DNA from: a virus
Strand: one strand, 5' to 3'
IMG/VR virus record: IMGVR_UViG_3300033146_004399
Coordinates: 1 to 64,000 of that record
Length of the DNA stretch: 64,000 nucleotides
The first letter of the stretch is position 1. Every line of letters begins with the position of its first letter. The position numbers and the translations under genes are program-made. Of the stretch, positions 48,386-58,143 are shown piece after piece. The notes beneath the pieces are model-generated. The model did not search any database, was not told the origin of the DNA, and was given only the letters and a program-made list of their open reading frames with translations.

Positions 48386-49924
48386 ATGTCAATAATAGTA
48401 AATAGAATGATGGCCTTAGAATTAGAATTTGTTAATTCAGAAGCGTTTGGATATATCGCTTGGTTCGATGTACCACCAGAACCGGAAAACGAAAACGACC
48501 CAATAATACCTCAAACGCAAGTCGCAACACTTGGCTTGGGGTCTACTACAGATAAATTTATAACATGGTCTTTAGCTGAATTAGATTATATTAAAATAAC
48601 AGGTGGAGGCTTACAATTTGATTCTACAGCTTGGTTTAAAACAAAAAATTCAAAACCTCAGTTTAATGAATATGGTGATCCAATAGAAGATAAAATATTT
48701 ACAAATTGTAAAGTTAGTTTTAATCAAGATCTTACAGGTATGGAATATGCATCATATTTACCGATTGGTCCTGATTTAACTATAGACCCAGAGAATTATA
48801 CAGATGAAGAAAAAAGATATGAAGAATTAAAAGCTATAAAAGAAGAATATGCTAATAATAATACAGCTCTCCTTATTGAACATGAAAATGCTATAGCTTT
48901 TTCTAATCCTGTAACTGGCAGACTTATAGGTTCTATAGATACTGTAGGCGAAGCATTTAATTGGTATGGTGCTTTCTCCTTGGGTTCTGAAACAGAAGAT
49001 TCAACATTTGAAGTTAAAAGAGTTGACGTAAATAAATTTAATATAACTCTTAATGCTGATACTAATTTAATGCCAGAATTAGCTTTTAAATATGAAAATA
49101 TTAAGTCATGGAGTATTTATATGGATACAGACCTTCATATAAAAAATAATAATGATAATGGAATAATAATAAAAAACACTGAAATAGAATTTACTGGCGA
49201 GATAATTTATCAAGATGTATTTTTATCAGATTATTTTTACGCACAAACTGAATTAAATGACGGAATACTAGATGAAAGATATTATACTGAAACTGAATTA
49301 AATGACGGAATACTAGATGAAAGATATTATACTGAAACCGAATTAAATGACGGAATACTAGATGAAAGATATTATACTAAAACTGAAGTTGATGATATAA
49401 TTTCCGCATTAGATTTAAATTCTTTAAAACCAATATATTATGAATTTATAAATGATGAATGGGTTGAGATTACTCTTAATATTACTGATGAATATTATGA
49501 TCTTCAAAATGAAACTGTAGAAGATGACGAATATTGGCTGGCAGAGTTAGAAGACGATATTTATAAACGTGTATCTGATTCTTGGGTCTCAATTATTCAA
49601 GTCGAAATAACATATCCAGAACTTTTACCTCACGTTTTAGTAATAGGAGAAACTGGAATTACTAATGATAAATTATATGAATGGAATGGGAACAATTGGC
49701 AATTTATTAAAAATGAAAATGAATTAACATATACTATAGTATTACACAAATCAGATATTATTGATCCTATGGAAGGCGACGAATTTAAAATCAATGCAAC
49801 AAATAAATTTTATAGATACGAAAATGGTGAACTTGTAATTATGGATACACCACATCCTCTATATGATAGTCTTCCGTCACAATATGACATTATTAATAAA
49901 GTAGTAAAATACTCATTCACATAA
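48386..49924 (+). CDS. Probable virion/fibre-associated protein with (TELNDGILDERYYTE)3 repeats
   Basis: 512 aa, RBS AGGAG; 45-bp repeats at 49246-49380; the DxRYYTE motif is shared with the fibre proteins. Confidence 0.65.
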   Translation: MSIIVNRMMALELEFVNSEAFGYIAWFDVPPEPENENDPIIPQTQVATLGLGSTTDKFITWSLAELDYIKITGGGLQFDSTAWFKTKNSKPQFNEYGDPIEDKIFTNCKVSFNQDLTGMEYASYLPIGPDLTIDPENYTDEEKRYEELKAIKEEYANNNTALLIEHENAIAFSNPVTGRLIGSIDTVGEAFNWYGAFSLGSETEDSTFEVKRVDVNKFNITLNADTNLMPELAFKYENIKSWSIYMDTDLHIKNNNDNGIIIKNTEIEFTGEIIYQDVFLSDYFYAQTELNDGILDERYYTETELNDGILDERYYTETELNDGILDERYYTKTEVDDIISALDLNSLKPIYYEFINDEWVEITLNITDEYYDLQNETVEDDEYWLAELEDDIYKRVSDSWVSIIQVEITYPELLPHVLVIGETGITNDKLYEWNGNNWQFIKNENELTYTIVLHKSDIIDPMEGDEFKINATNKFYRYENGELVIMDTPHPLYDSLPSQYDIINKVVKYSFT

Positions 49925-49962
49925 TGAACATGTATATTCATATAGTGAAGAGTGTCTTCATA

Positions 49963-49984
49963 CTATGAACACTAGTGTTCATAG
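49963..49984. other. Perfect 22-bp palindrome within a cluster of inverted repeats
   Basis: CTATGAACACTAGTGTTCATAG equals its own reverse complement; lies between convergent genes. Confidence 0.9.
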
Positions 49985-50127
49985 GATGAACCGATAAATA
50001 TATAATAAATAGATCTTATATAAACATAATACTACTATAGAATTTTACCTTTATACTAAATATATTATATTATTAAATTCAATACTAGTGAATTAATCAC
50101 TGCTTAAAATTTGTATAATATTGTATT

Positions 50128-51231
50128 TTATCCATTTAATAGTTCCTTAATTTTTTCTATATTATATTCTTCATCAAAGTAAAATATCTTTACTTGTTTC
50201 TCTATTTCCTGCATCTTCCACTCAAATTTATCATCCCACCAATATTTAGCATGTGGTTCTAAATATAAATCGTATTCTGGTAAATAAAAATCTGGGTGAT
50301 AATAATGTTTATTACCATCTTCTGCATAATATTTTATACTTTTTAATCCTTTATGCGCTATAAATTTAATTCCATTTTTTAATAAATAATTTGCCACTTT
50401 TAATTCAAACATACCTTGGAGCTTATGGTCTTCAATTAAATACCACTTGCATCTACCACCTTTCCCCCACGAATTATTTTTGTTTTTAGTTTTGCGGATT
50501 TTTTGTTTTATTTCTTCAATTTGTGTACAACTTTTTGCACCATATTTTTTTAACATTGTTGCCTGCGATTTCAACATCATATCAGCTACAACTTTTGGGT
50601 CTTTCATTCTATGTTCATAGCCATATTTCTCAAGATTAGTTTTCTTTATTCTCTCTTTTATTTCTTCAGATTGAAAACCATTTTTAACACCATATTTTTT
50701 AATCATACCTTCTTCTAATAAATCTCTTCTCTTTAATATTTCATTTACACCGTATTTCTTTAATACGGTAGCTGTTTGCTTTTCTTTTAATTCTTTATTT
50801 TGTGTCGCGTACTTTACACCATATCGTTTTATCATAGTATTTTCTTGTTTCATTTTAACATCTTTAATTTGTAAAGCATGTTCAACACCATATCGTTTTA
50901 ACATGGTATTTTTGCCCTTATTTTTTACATCTTCAATTTGCATAGGATTAGAGACACCATACTTTTCCATATTGGTATGTTTCTGCTGACAAGCTTTACA
51001 ATATTGTTTCACATTAAGGAAATTTTTATTATAATCAAAATAAGACTTAAATTTTTTTTTACATTCATCACAAATGTATATTACTTTATCTCTTTGAGTA
51101 AGATTAATTTTATTATTTATAAGGAGTGTTTTTACTTTCTCTTTTCGATGGTAAGGTAAAAAATCTACAATATTTATAGATTTAATATCTACTATTTCTT
51201 TAGTTTTATACAATTTAATTTGTTTTATCAT
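50128..51231 (-). CDS. Putative homing endonuclease (KYG-repeat family), paralog of 47141 and 52214
   Basis: CDEC/CKAC; KYGV repeats; QGMFELKV...HPDFYLPEYDLYLEPHAKYWWDDKF. Confidence 0.75.
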   Translation of the reverse strand: MIKQIKLYKTKEIVDIKSINIVDFLPYHRKEKVKTLLINNKINLTQRDKVIYICDECKKKFKSYFDYNKNFLNVKQYCKACQQKHTNMEKYGVSNPMQIEDVKNKGKNTMLKRYGVEHALQIKDVKMKQENTMIKRYGVKYATQNKELKEKQTATVLKKYGVNEILKRRDLLEEGMIKKYGVKNGFQSEEIKERIKKTNLEKYGYEHRMKDPKVVADMMLKSQATMLKKYGAKSCTQIEEIKQKIRKTKNKNNSWGKGGRCKWYLIEDHKLQGMFELKVANYLLKNGIKFIAHKGLKSIKYYAEDGNKHYYHPDFYLPEYDLYLEPHAKYWWDDKFEWKMQEIEKQVKIFYFDEEYNIEKIKELLNG

Positions 51232-51260
51232 ATAGTTATCTTATAAAATAGTGTCAAGCT

Positions 51261-52235
51261 TTAGATCACAATTCCTAAACTTTTAACAATTCCATCCGTT
51301 ATAGATTCCATTTTAGCTGCAGCAGGAGGTGGCAATGTAGGCATTTGTGCTCTAACACATTCTAACATTCCACCTATAGCTAGACCTATAGGGAGGATCA
51401 TTGGACATGTAATCCATTTCCCTAACATTTGTCTTACTTTATCTGTTATACAATTACCTTTAGGGAGTACAGGGAGAGTTGGTAAAGATGGAGGATCTGG
51501 AAGATCAGGATAGTATGGTACAGGAACTTCAAAATCATCTGCATAATCTTCCAAGAATTCCCAATCTTTTTTTAATTGAATAAGAGTTAAAGGGGTTATT
51601 CTTTTGACAGCTCGTTCCATTTCCCACACTTCCAACTTTTTATTCATAATTTCTATAGTTATAAGGAGAATGGCAACAAGCCATTCATCAAGAGAAGTTA
51701 TCATATCTTGCCATGTTTGTGACATCTCTTCGTTACCTTCCTCTTCTGCAGCTTTAGCTTTTTCTGAGTATTTAAATACTGTATCTTTATATTTAGCTAA
51801 TTCTGCAGCTTGATAAACCTTTAATTCATCCATCTCAATATATATTTCTGGTATTCTTTCTTCATATTCTTTGAGTTGAATTTTCATTTTATCTTGAGCT
51901 TCTTTTTCGTCTATGTAGAGTTTTTTTAATGCAGCAGCCCTTTGCGTTTTTGCTTTTCTCAATTGTTTAGCATACATTTCAACCATTTTCTGAATAATTT
52001 TAGCAATTAATTCAAAAAAGAAATTTATTAAATACTCTAACAATTGTAAGATAAAAGATATTGCAGCACCGAAAGGGATTGCTGGTATTGCTATAATACC
52101 CATAGGTATAAGCCCCATAGAATCCATTATAACTTCAGATATAGTTTTAATACCTGCAACAAGGATTGGAGGAGCTGCTGCTGTAAAATCTAAGCCTAAT
52201 TTAATCGCTTCGCCTATGCTGGGTAGAACCGGGAT
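51261..52235 (-). CDS. Pro-rich/coiled-coil hypothetical protein; probable ATC start at 52235
   Basis: The frame stays open 36 codons upstream of the annotated ATG (52127) to an ATC 7 nt after GAGGAGG; there is an in-frame TAA shortly upstream. Confidence 0.6.
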   Translation of the reverse strand: MPVLPSIGEAIKLGLDFTAAAPPILVAGIKTISEVIMDSMGLIPMGIIAIPAIPFGAAISFILQLLEYLINFFFELIAKIIQKMVEMYAKQLRKAKTQRAAALKKLYIDEKEAQDKMKIQLKEYEERIPEIYIEMDELKVYQAAELAKYKDTVFKYSEKAKAAEEEGNEEMSQTWQDMITSLDEWLVAILLITIEIMNKKLEVWEMERAVKRITPLTLIQLKKDWEFLEDYADDFEVPVPYYPDLPDPPSLPTLPVLPKGNCITDKVRQMLGKWITCPMILPIGLAIGGMLECVRAQMPTLPPPAAAKMESITDGIVKSLGIVI

Positions 52236-53392
52236 AGTAGTACCTCCTCTATATTATATTTTTCATTAAAGTATAATATTTTCACTTGTTTTTTTACCTC
52301 TTTCATTTTCCACTTAAACTTATCATCCCACCAATACTTAGCATGTGGTTCTAAATATAAATTATATTCAGGTAAATAAAAATCTGGATAATAATTACTT
52401 TCTACATTATCTTCATTTAAATATTTAATTGATGCTATATTATCATGTGTAATAAATTTAATTTTATTTTCTACCAACCAGTTAGCTACTTCTAATTCAA
52501 AAGTACCTTGTATTTGTTGCCCCTCTATTTTAAACCATTTACAGGAATTTTTAACAGAAGTACCATAACGTTTTAACATTGTTTCTTTTGATTTATCAAG
52601 CCGGGCAATTGAAGTAACGCCATGATTTTTAATAAATGTTTCTTGCCTCCGCTTAACTATATCAGGATGTTTAGAGGGGTTATCAACTCCCCAATTATTT
52701 AACATAGTTTGTTTCATTTTGTCTTTTACCTCTTTCAGTTGTGTAGTGCTTTCAACACCATATTTATTTAAGTTGTTTTCTTTTATTTTATTTTGTATTT
52801 CTTTTGATTGTGACGGGTTTTCTACACCCCAATTATTTAACATAGTTTGCTTTATTTTATTTTGTATTTTTTCCGATTGAAAAGGATTTTTCACTCCGTA
52901 TTTTTTAAGATTAGTTTTCTCCATTTTTTCTATATTATGGTATCCTTCATTACCATATCTCTCTAATTTAGTTTGTTTAATTTTAACTTTGACAAAATCT
53001 AATGTATTTACATTATTTGTTCCATACTTCTTGTTTATAAGATTGTTATGTTCTTTAGTCCCATAACCATAAGCCACTTTTGAGCCATATCGTTCTATAC
53101 ATGTTTGTTCTGTTTTGTCTCTTACTATTTTTGATTGTGTTGGCCATTCAGTACCATACTTATTTAGATTCGCTTCTTTTCTATGACATTTGGTACATAG
53201 AATTTTATCATTCCAGTATCTTGGTCTTCGTTTGAATACAGCCTTTTCTTCTTTACCACATTCATCACACTCAATAACAATATAATCAATAGCATTTATT
53301 TTTTTATTATTTACATGAATGTTTTTATCATCTATAACTATATTGCCTTTTACTGTCTCGTTTGTTTTTCTATCTATAAAATATTTTATCAT
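52214..53392 (-). CDS. Putative homing endonuclease (KYG-repeat family)
   Basis: CDEC/CTKC; KYG and WGV repeats; QGTFELEV...YPDFYLPEYNLYLEPHAKYWWDDKF. Confidence 0.75.
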   Translation of the reverse strand: MIKYFIDRKTNETVKGNIVIDDKNIHVNNKKINAIDYIVIECDECGKEEKAVFKRRPRYWNDKILCTKCHRKEANLNKYGTEWPTQSKIVRDKTEQTCIERYGSKVAYGYGTKEHNNLINKKYGTNNVNTLDFVKVKIKQTKLERYGNEGYHNIEKMEKTNLKKYGVKNPFQSEKIQNKIKQTMLNNWGVENPSQSKEIQNKIKENNLNKYGVESTTQLKEVKDKMKQTMLNNWGVDNPSKHPDIVKRRQETFIKNHGVTSIARLDKSKETMLKRYGTSVKNSCKWFKIEGQQIQGTFELEVANWLVENKIKFITHDNIASIKYLNEDNVESNYYPDFYLPEYNLYLEPHAKYWWDDKFKWKMKEVKKQVKILYFNEKYNIEEVLLSRFYPA

Positions 53393-53544
53393 TACATTCT
53401 CCTATAGTAGGTATTACAGGATTATCTTAGTAAAAAATAATAAAAAGTGGTATTTTCCAAAGCATATCTTGTTATGAAATGACAGATGATAAAAAAGCTA
53501 AAAAATGCTTACAGACTCCATACTGAAAGTTTTATATTTTTTGA

Positions 53545-53733
53545 ATGGTAACCACTACAACACTCTATGAACAAGCAGACCCGCAGCATATCCCAAAAAA
53601 AGATGATTATGTGGTTATTGATGGGGAAGAATATATAGTACGTTATAATATATTTGAACCTACAAGAGAACAAATTACTATCAGCTTAATGTCTTTAGCT
53701 GAATACAATAAATACCAAAGAAGAAAAAACTAA
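53545..53733 (+). CDS. Small hypothetical protein
   Basis: 62-aa ORF with normal composition. Confidence 0.45.
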   Translation: MVTTTTLYEQADPQHIPKKDDYVVIDGEEYIVRYNIFEPTREQITISLMSLAEYNKYQRRKN

Positions 53734-53762
53734 CCTCCTTTTAATCATTTTATTCCTTTCAC

Positions 53763-53772
53763 GTAAAGATAA
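53763..53772 (+). promoter_or_regulatory. Candidate late promoter GTAAAGATAA upstream of the holin-like gene
   Basis: Recurring motif. Confidence 0.5.
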
Positions 53773-53793
53773 TTTTATAGGAAGGGGGATAAT

Positions 53794-54180
53794 ATGAATG
53801 ATCAAACAGGTATGCTCACACCGCAACAATACCAAGATCAAGTGGCAGCACGGAATGGGCTTAACCAGAGATTAGGTTCAAGTAGTATGCATTATGAGAT
53901 GGGCACAGAAAATCTTAACGTAAATAAAAAAAGTAAATCAACATCTAAATTATTAATAAATATAGCTTTTATGGCGATACTCACTGCTGGGATAGGGGGC
54001 TCATTTGTATCATTTTTTGATATGGATAAATTTGTTTCTTTCCTTGAAGTGTTTGGATATATATGGGCTCCTTTAATCATAGCAGTAGGTGGAGGCAGAG
54101 CTCTAAAGGGCTATACTGAAAAAAAGTATTTAGCTAATAAAAATCAACAACAAATGGACATGACACAACCACCAGTATAA
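53794..54180 (+). CDS. Small membrane protein, holin-like
   Basis: Two hydrophobic segments (LLINIAFMAILTAGIGGSFVSFF; FLEVFGYIWAPLIIAVGGG), basic C-terminus, preceded by GTAAAGATAA. Confidence 0.5.
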   Translation: MNDQTGMLTPQQYQDQVAARNGLNQRLGSSSMHYEMGTENLNVNKKSKSTSKLLINIAFMAILTAGIGGSFVSFFDMDKFVSFLEVFGYIWAPLIIAVGGGRALKGYTEKKYLANKNQQQMDMTQPPV

Positions 54181-54193
54181 AACGGAGAAGAAA

Positions 54194-54466
54194 ATGAAAT
54201 TTGTAATTTTAATTGAAGAAAGTGGGTATGAACTTAGATATTGGGACGAAGTAAACGAAGAAATAAGAGATTCAATTGTTACATGTTGGGATAAGAATGA
54301 ATTTTATGATAAACTTGTTGAAATGGGTTTTCATATGAGTAAAAGAGTATTAGAGCGTGTGTTCTTTTTGATTGAGGATGGTAAACCATTTGTAGTACTT
54401 TCCTCAGTAAATAATCTAAACCATTTAGACAATCTTCATTATGATGAATTTGTGATAGAAGAATAA
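54194..54466 (+). CDS. Hypothetical protein
   Basis: RBS GGAG; 90 aa. Confidence 0.7.
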   Translation: MKFVILIEESGYELRYWDEVNEEIRDSIVTCWDKNEFYDKLVEMGFHMSKRVLERVFFLIEDGKPFVVLSSVNNLNHLDNLHYDEFVIEE

Positions 54467-54546
54467 TATTAAGTGAATGGAATCAAGATATTGAACTTGA
54501 TAGTGGAGATATATAACAGAAGAAATAATAATGTTTAAGAGAGGAC

Positions 54547-54807
54547 ATGATGCCGAAAAACATACCATTGAAAATAAAGCCAACAAAAGCAACAACGACT
54601 ATAGCAATATCACAAATTGATTTTTTAAATAAATTTAAAGAAAAATTTAAAAATAAGCAAGTTTATAACTTCTTCATATTTGGAAAAACCACAGTTGGTC
54701 ATGATATATATTTCGAAATACGTTCTATGCGTGTTAATGAGTTTGTATATATGTTGGACGATTTTTCTATTCGCTGGAAGCACATAACTGATAGGAGGTA
54801 TAAATAA
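54547..54807 (+). CDS. Hypothetical protein
   Basis: RBS GAGG; 86 aa; coupled to the next gene. Confidence 0.65.
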   Translation: MMPKNIPLKIKPTKATTTIAISQIDFLNKFKEKFKNKQVYNFFIFGKTTVGHDIYFEIRSMRVNEFVYMLDDFSIRWKHITDRRYK

Positions 54808-55070
54808 TGTTATACGAGGATACTGAAACTGCCAGATTATTTTTAATGTTAAAACCTTTAACCGGAGTGAAAAGTCATTTATATAGTTGCATAGAAATAT
54901 CACGTAAAAATAAAGTTAAATATTCGCAAGTTGGTATGCATTGGATAAATCAAGGGTTAAGAGAGGGTATTTTAACAGAAGTAGAAGTAGATGATGCTTT
55001 GGGTAAATTACATGGTAAAAAGATATTTAAACATCTTTTTAAAAATAAACCGTCTAAGGAACGGGAATGA
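54807..55070 (+). CDS. Hypothetical protein
   Basis: RBS GGAGG; 87 aa. Confidence 0.7.
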   Translation: MLYEDTETARLFLMLKPLTGVKSHLYSCIEISRKNKVKYSQVGMHWINQGLREGILTEVEVDDALGKLHGKKIFKHLFKNKPSKERE

Positions 55071-55318
55071 AAAGTAAATATATAAATAAAATATGTTTTG
55101 ATAGTATTGGAAAGGATTATAAAAATAAATCAGATTATATGGTTATTACTAGTATAGAGAAGAAAGAAAATAGTATGGTGAGAATAGAAGGTATCTATTT
55201 TAATGGTAAAGAGTTTAATAGATATATGCCATTAAATCTTTTGTATAAAAAGTTAAAAATATTAGATCCACCGCCTTCTCATTTAATAAAAGAATTTATA
55301 AAGAGGATATTTATATAA
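55067..55318 (+). CDS. Hypothetical protein, paralog of 55520-55768
   Basis: MKSKYINKIC...LDPPPSHLIKEFIKRIFI. Confidence 0.75.
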   Translation: MKSKYINKICFDSIGKDYKNKSDYMVITSIEKKENSMVRIEGIYFNGKEFNRYMPLNLLYKKLKILDPPPSHLIKEFIKRIFI

Positions 55319-55519
55319 TAGAAAAAATGAAAGATATAATAACACTATGTGGCTTCCAGTGGAGTAAAGCCCAAGAAATAATAATAACAGTATTTAAGAG
55401 GATATAATGCCGAAAAATATACCATGGAAAATAAAACTTTTAGACGGAACGAAAAGTCATTTATATAGTAAGAAAATAATCAAAACATTTTTTCAAGAGA
55501 AATTATTCAAGGGATAGAA

Positions 55520-55768
55520 GTGAAAAGTAAATATTTAAATAAAATATGTATTGATAATAATATTAGTAAAAATAATAGATCAGGTTATATATTTATTATT
55601 AATATAAAGAATAAAAAAAATAATATGATTATGTTAAAAGGGGTTTATCTTGATGGTAAAAAGTTTCAAAACAATATATCATTAAATATTTTATACAAAA
55701 AAGTAGAAATATTAGATCCGCCGCCTTCTCATTTAATAAAAGAGTTTATAAAGAGGATATTTATATGA
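55520..55768 (+). CDS. Hypothetical protein, paralog of 55067-55318
   Basis: GTG start; identical C-terminal ILDPPPSHLIKEFIKRIFI. Confidence 0.75.
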   Translation: MKSKYLNKICIDNNISKNNRSGYIFIINIKNKKNNMIMLKGVYLDGKKFQNNISLNILYKKVEILDPPPSHLIKEFIKRIFI

Positions 55769-56142
55769 TAATTAAAAAATCAGACTTTAACACAAAAATG
55801 TTTAGCACCCTATTTAATCCTAATGTGGGGTCTTCACATAAAGGTGATAGGTTTGTTACTTATGTATTAGAAATGAACAAATTATTTGTAGATGGGAGTT
55901 TTAGTTTAGGAAAGGCGATAAGTACTATCGATTTTAAATCTGATATAGTTAAAATATCTAATTACGAATATTTAGAAATAGATTTAAACAGGATTTCATG
56001 TTTAGGTATGATGAGTTTAAATGGTGATGAGAAAATAAGGTGTTTCATTGATATTCACCCCAGTGAAGTTGAAAATATATTTTATATATCTGTCATGATA
56101 ACCAGTACTGGTTATACAGTAAATGGAATATATAAAGTATGA
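55765..56142 (+). CDS. Hypothetical protein
   Basis: 125 aa; ATGA-coupled at both ends. Confidence 0.7.
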   Translation: MIIKKSDFNTKMFSTLFNPNVGSSHKGDRFVTYVLEMNKLFVDGSFSLGKAISTIDFKSDIVKISNYEYLEIDLNRISCLGMMSLNGDEKIRCFIDIHPSEVENIFYISVMITSTGYTVNGIYKV

Positions 56143-56435
56143 AATTTAATGATTTAAAAGTAGGTATGGTAGTAGGCGAAGTAGTATTTAAAGACGATCC
56201 TCAAACAAGTACCTATTATACAATTAAAATTATTAATAGCATTAAAGATGGAAGAGCAGATATAACAGTTTATGGTTATTCTGAAGATGGTGGAGAGTAT
56301 CACTTTTTTACGGGGAAGTTACCTAAAACTGGAGGACTTAAAGATTTTGGTCTCTCCAGAAATATAAATGATTTTGGCGATGACGATAAAATGGAATTTA
56401 TTAAAGCAGTATTTGAGAGTAATTCAAGATGGTAG
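56139..56435 (+). CDS. Hypothetical protein (MKFxDLKxGM family)
   Basis: N-terminus resembles 42055-42333. Confidence 0.7.
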   Translation: MKFNDLKVGMVVGEVVFKDDPQTSTYYTIKIINSIKDGRADITVYGYSEDGGEYHFFTGKLPKTGGLKDFGLSRNINDFGDDDKMEFIKAVFESNSRW

Positions 56436-56656
56436 GAATAGTTGGATTAAAGGGTAATTTTACAATATTTGAATTTTATAATGATACTATATATAGTGAT
56501 TATAAAGTATTATTTACAGTATTGAATAAATATCAAGTATCTAACCTAAGAAATAGAAAGGATTTTAAAGATATTATACATCTCGAGTTCAATGATGAAT
56601 TTGATAATAAAACATTTATAAGAAAATTATTTCGTTCAAAGGAATATGATGATTAG
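56429..56656 (+). CDS. Hypothetical protein
   Basis: 75 aa; overlaps the upstream stop. Confidence 0.6.
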   Translation: MVGIVGLKGNFTIFEFYNDTIYSDYKVLFTVLNKYQVSNLRNRKDFKDIIHLEFNDEFDNKTFIRKLFRSKEYDD

Positions 56657-56742
56657 AATATGTAATTCTGATAGTGAGAAATATATAGATTCTAATCTTC
56701 CACTTAACAAATGTAAGAGTATCACATGGAAAATGAAAATTT

Positions 56743-56931
56743 ATGAACATTAATTATTATAAAAGTGATATAGTTAAACGTTCTCCAGGAGCTCGTGGTA
56801 CAATTGTTGGTTCTGAAATGTTTTTCTATACTAAAGACGAAGATTATAGAGTCATTAAACATACTGTTAAGACAGTAGTAGATTTAAAGCGTTTCATTAA
56901 AAAAGTGAATGCTAAAGAGGTAATATTATGA
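56743..56931 (+). CDS. Hypothetical protein
   Basis: 62 aa; coupled to the next gene. Confidence 0.55.
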   Translation: MNINYYKSDIVKRSPGARGTIVGSEMFFYTKDEDYRVIKHTVKTVVDLKRFIKKVNAKEVIL

Positions 56932-57206
56932 TAGAGTGGAAAACAATACATGAAGACTCACGGTATAGAGAATTTCGGGGTATTATTGGTGATAAAACTA
57001 TTTTACATTTAGAATGTCAAAAAAATAAAGATGGTAGCTGGTCTATATTTATTATAAGTAGAAAAATATCAAATTTTAAAATGATATCTTGGAACAATAG
57101 ATGGAATAAAGATAAAGTATTAGCTTATGTATGGGAAAAAGCTCAAGAAAACGGTGAAATAAGAGATTTAATATTTGATATGATATTCAACGGAGGAATA
57201 CAATGA
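56928..57206 (+). CDS. Hypothetical protein
   Basis: RBS GAGG; 92 aa. Confidence 0.7.
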   Translation: MIEWKTIHEDSRYREFRGIIGDKTILHLECQKNKDGSWSIFIISRKISNFKMISWNNRWNKDKVLAYVWEKAQENGEIRDLIFDMIFNGGIQ

Positions 57207-57826
57207 AATTAGAAAATGCAGTAGGTGAAACACAGTTATATGAAGCAAAAATAAAGAAATTATTATTACTTGATATAGATGATACTATAGTAAGTGCTAG
57301 AAATATTTACATATATAAAAAAATGCCTAATGGTAGAGAGATGGCTTTAACACCTGAAGAATTTTCTAAGGAAAATGTAAATTCAGAAACTAATCATTTA
57401 TATGACTTTAGGGAATTCAAAGATGCAGAAATTGTTAAAAATTCCATTCGTACTGGTAAACCTATATTACATGTCCTTCAGTATATGGATCATATGATTA
57501 CTAAAGGTTATAAAATAGGTATACTTACAGCACGTGGTATGGAGCCAGTTATTCGGGACACTCTTCAGTCTTGGTTAATGTATAAGAAGAGAGGTAAATT
57601 GAGAGCTATAGGTGCTAAACTTAAAGAAGTATTTGCTATCAGTGATGAGATTAAAAATTATGATGGTGATACATCATTTGTAAAGAAAGCTAATGTAATT
57701 AAGAGCTTAGTTAAAAAATATCATAAAATTATTTTTATAGATGATGATATAAAAAATATAAATGCAGTAAATGATTTAAGACTTCGTGGTGTGGTATCAA
57801 AACATATTAATGACGTAACATTCTAA
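57203..57826 (+). CDS. HAD-superfamily hydrolase/phosphatase
   Basis: LLLLDIDDT (motif I), ILTARG (II), K (III), FIDDDIKNI (IV). Confidence 0.8.
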   Translation: MKLENAVGETQLYEAKIKKLLLLDIDDTIVSARNIYIYKKMPNGREMALTPEEFSKENVNSETNHLYDFREFKDAEIVKNSIRTGKPILHVLQYMDHMITKGYKIGILTARGMEPVIRDTLQSWLMYKKRGKLRAIGAKLKEVFAISDEIKNYDGDTSFVKKANVIKSLVKKYHKIIFIDDDIKNINAVNDLRLRGVVSKHINDVTF

Positions 57827-58092
57827 TGATTGAATTATTTCAGGTATATACCAATGACGGTAAAGATTTATATATCCCTATATTGATAAAACAGATTCAT
57901 GTAGGAGTAAAAATATTTGTTTATAAATATAAAAGTTTCGTTAAAAAATGGGTGTTATCAAGTGTTTTATATGACACAGAAAACGAATTTAATAAGTATA
58001 CAACTAAATATAAAGGAAGTATAGATTATCATAAATTATTTAAATGTGTGTTTATTTATGAAAACAAAACTGAGTATGGAGATATGATATAA
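57826..58092 (+). CDS. Hypothetical protein
   Basis: 88 aa; coupled. Confidence 0.6.
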   Translation: MIELFQVYTNDGKDLYIPILIKQIHVGVKIFVYKYKSFVKKWVLSSVLYDTENEFNKYTTKYKGSIDYHKLFKCVFIYENKTEYGDMI

Positions 58093-58143
58093 AATTTGTT
58101 ATTTTTAATGGCAAATTATTAAGATAAGCAGAGAGGTATAAAA

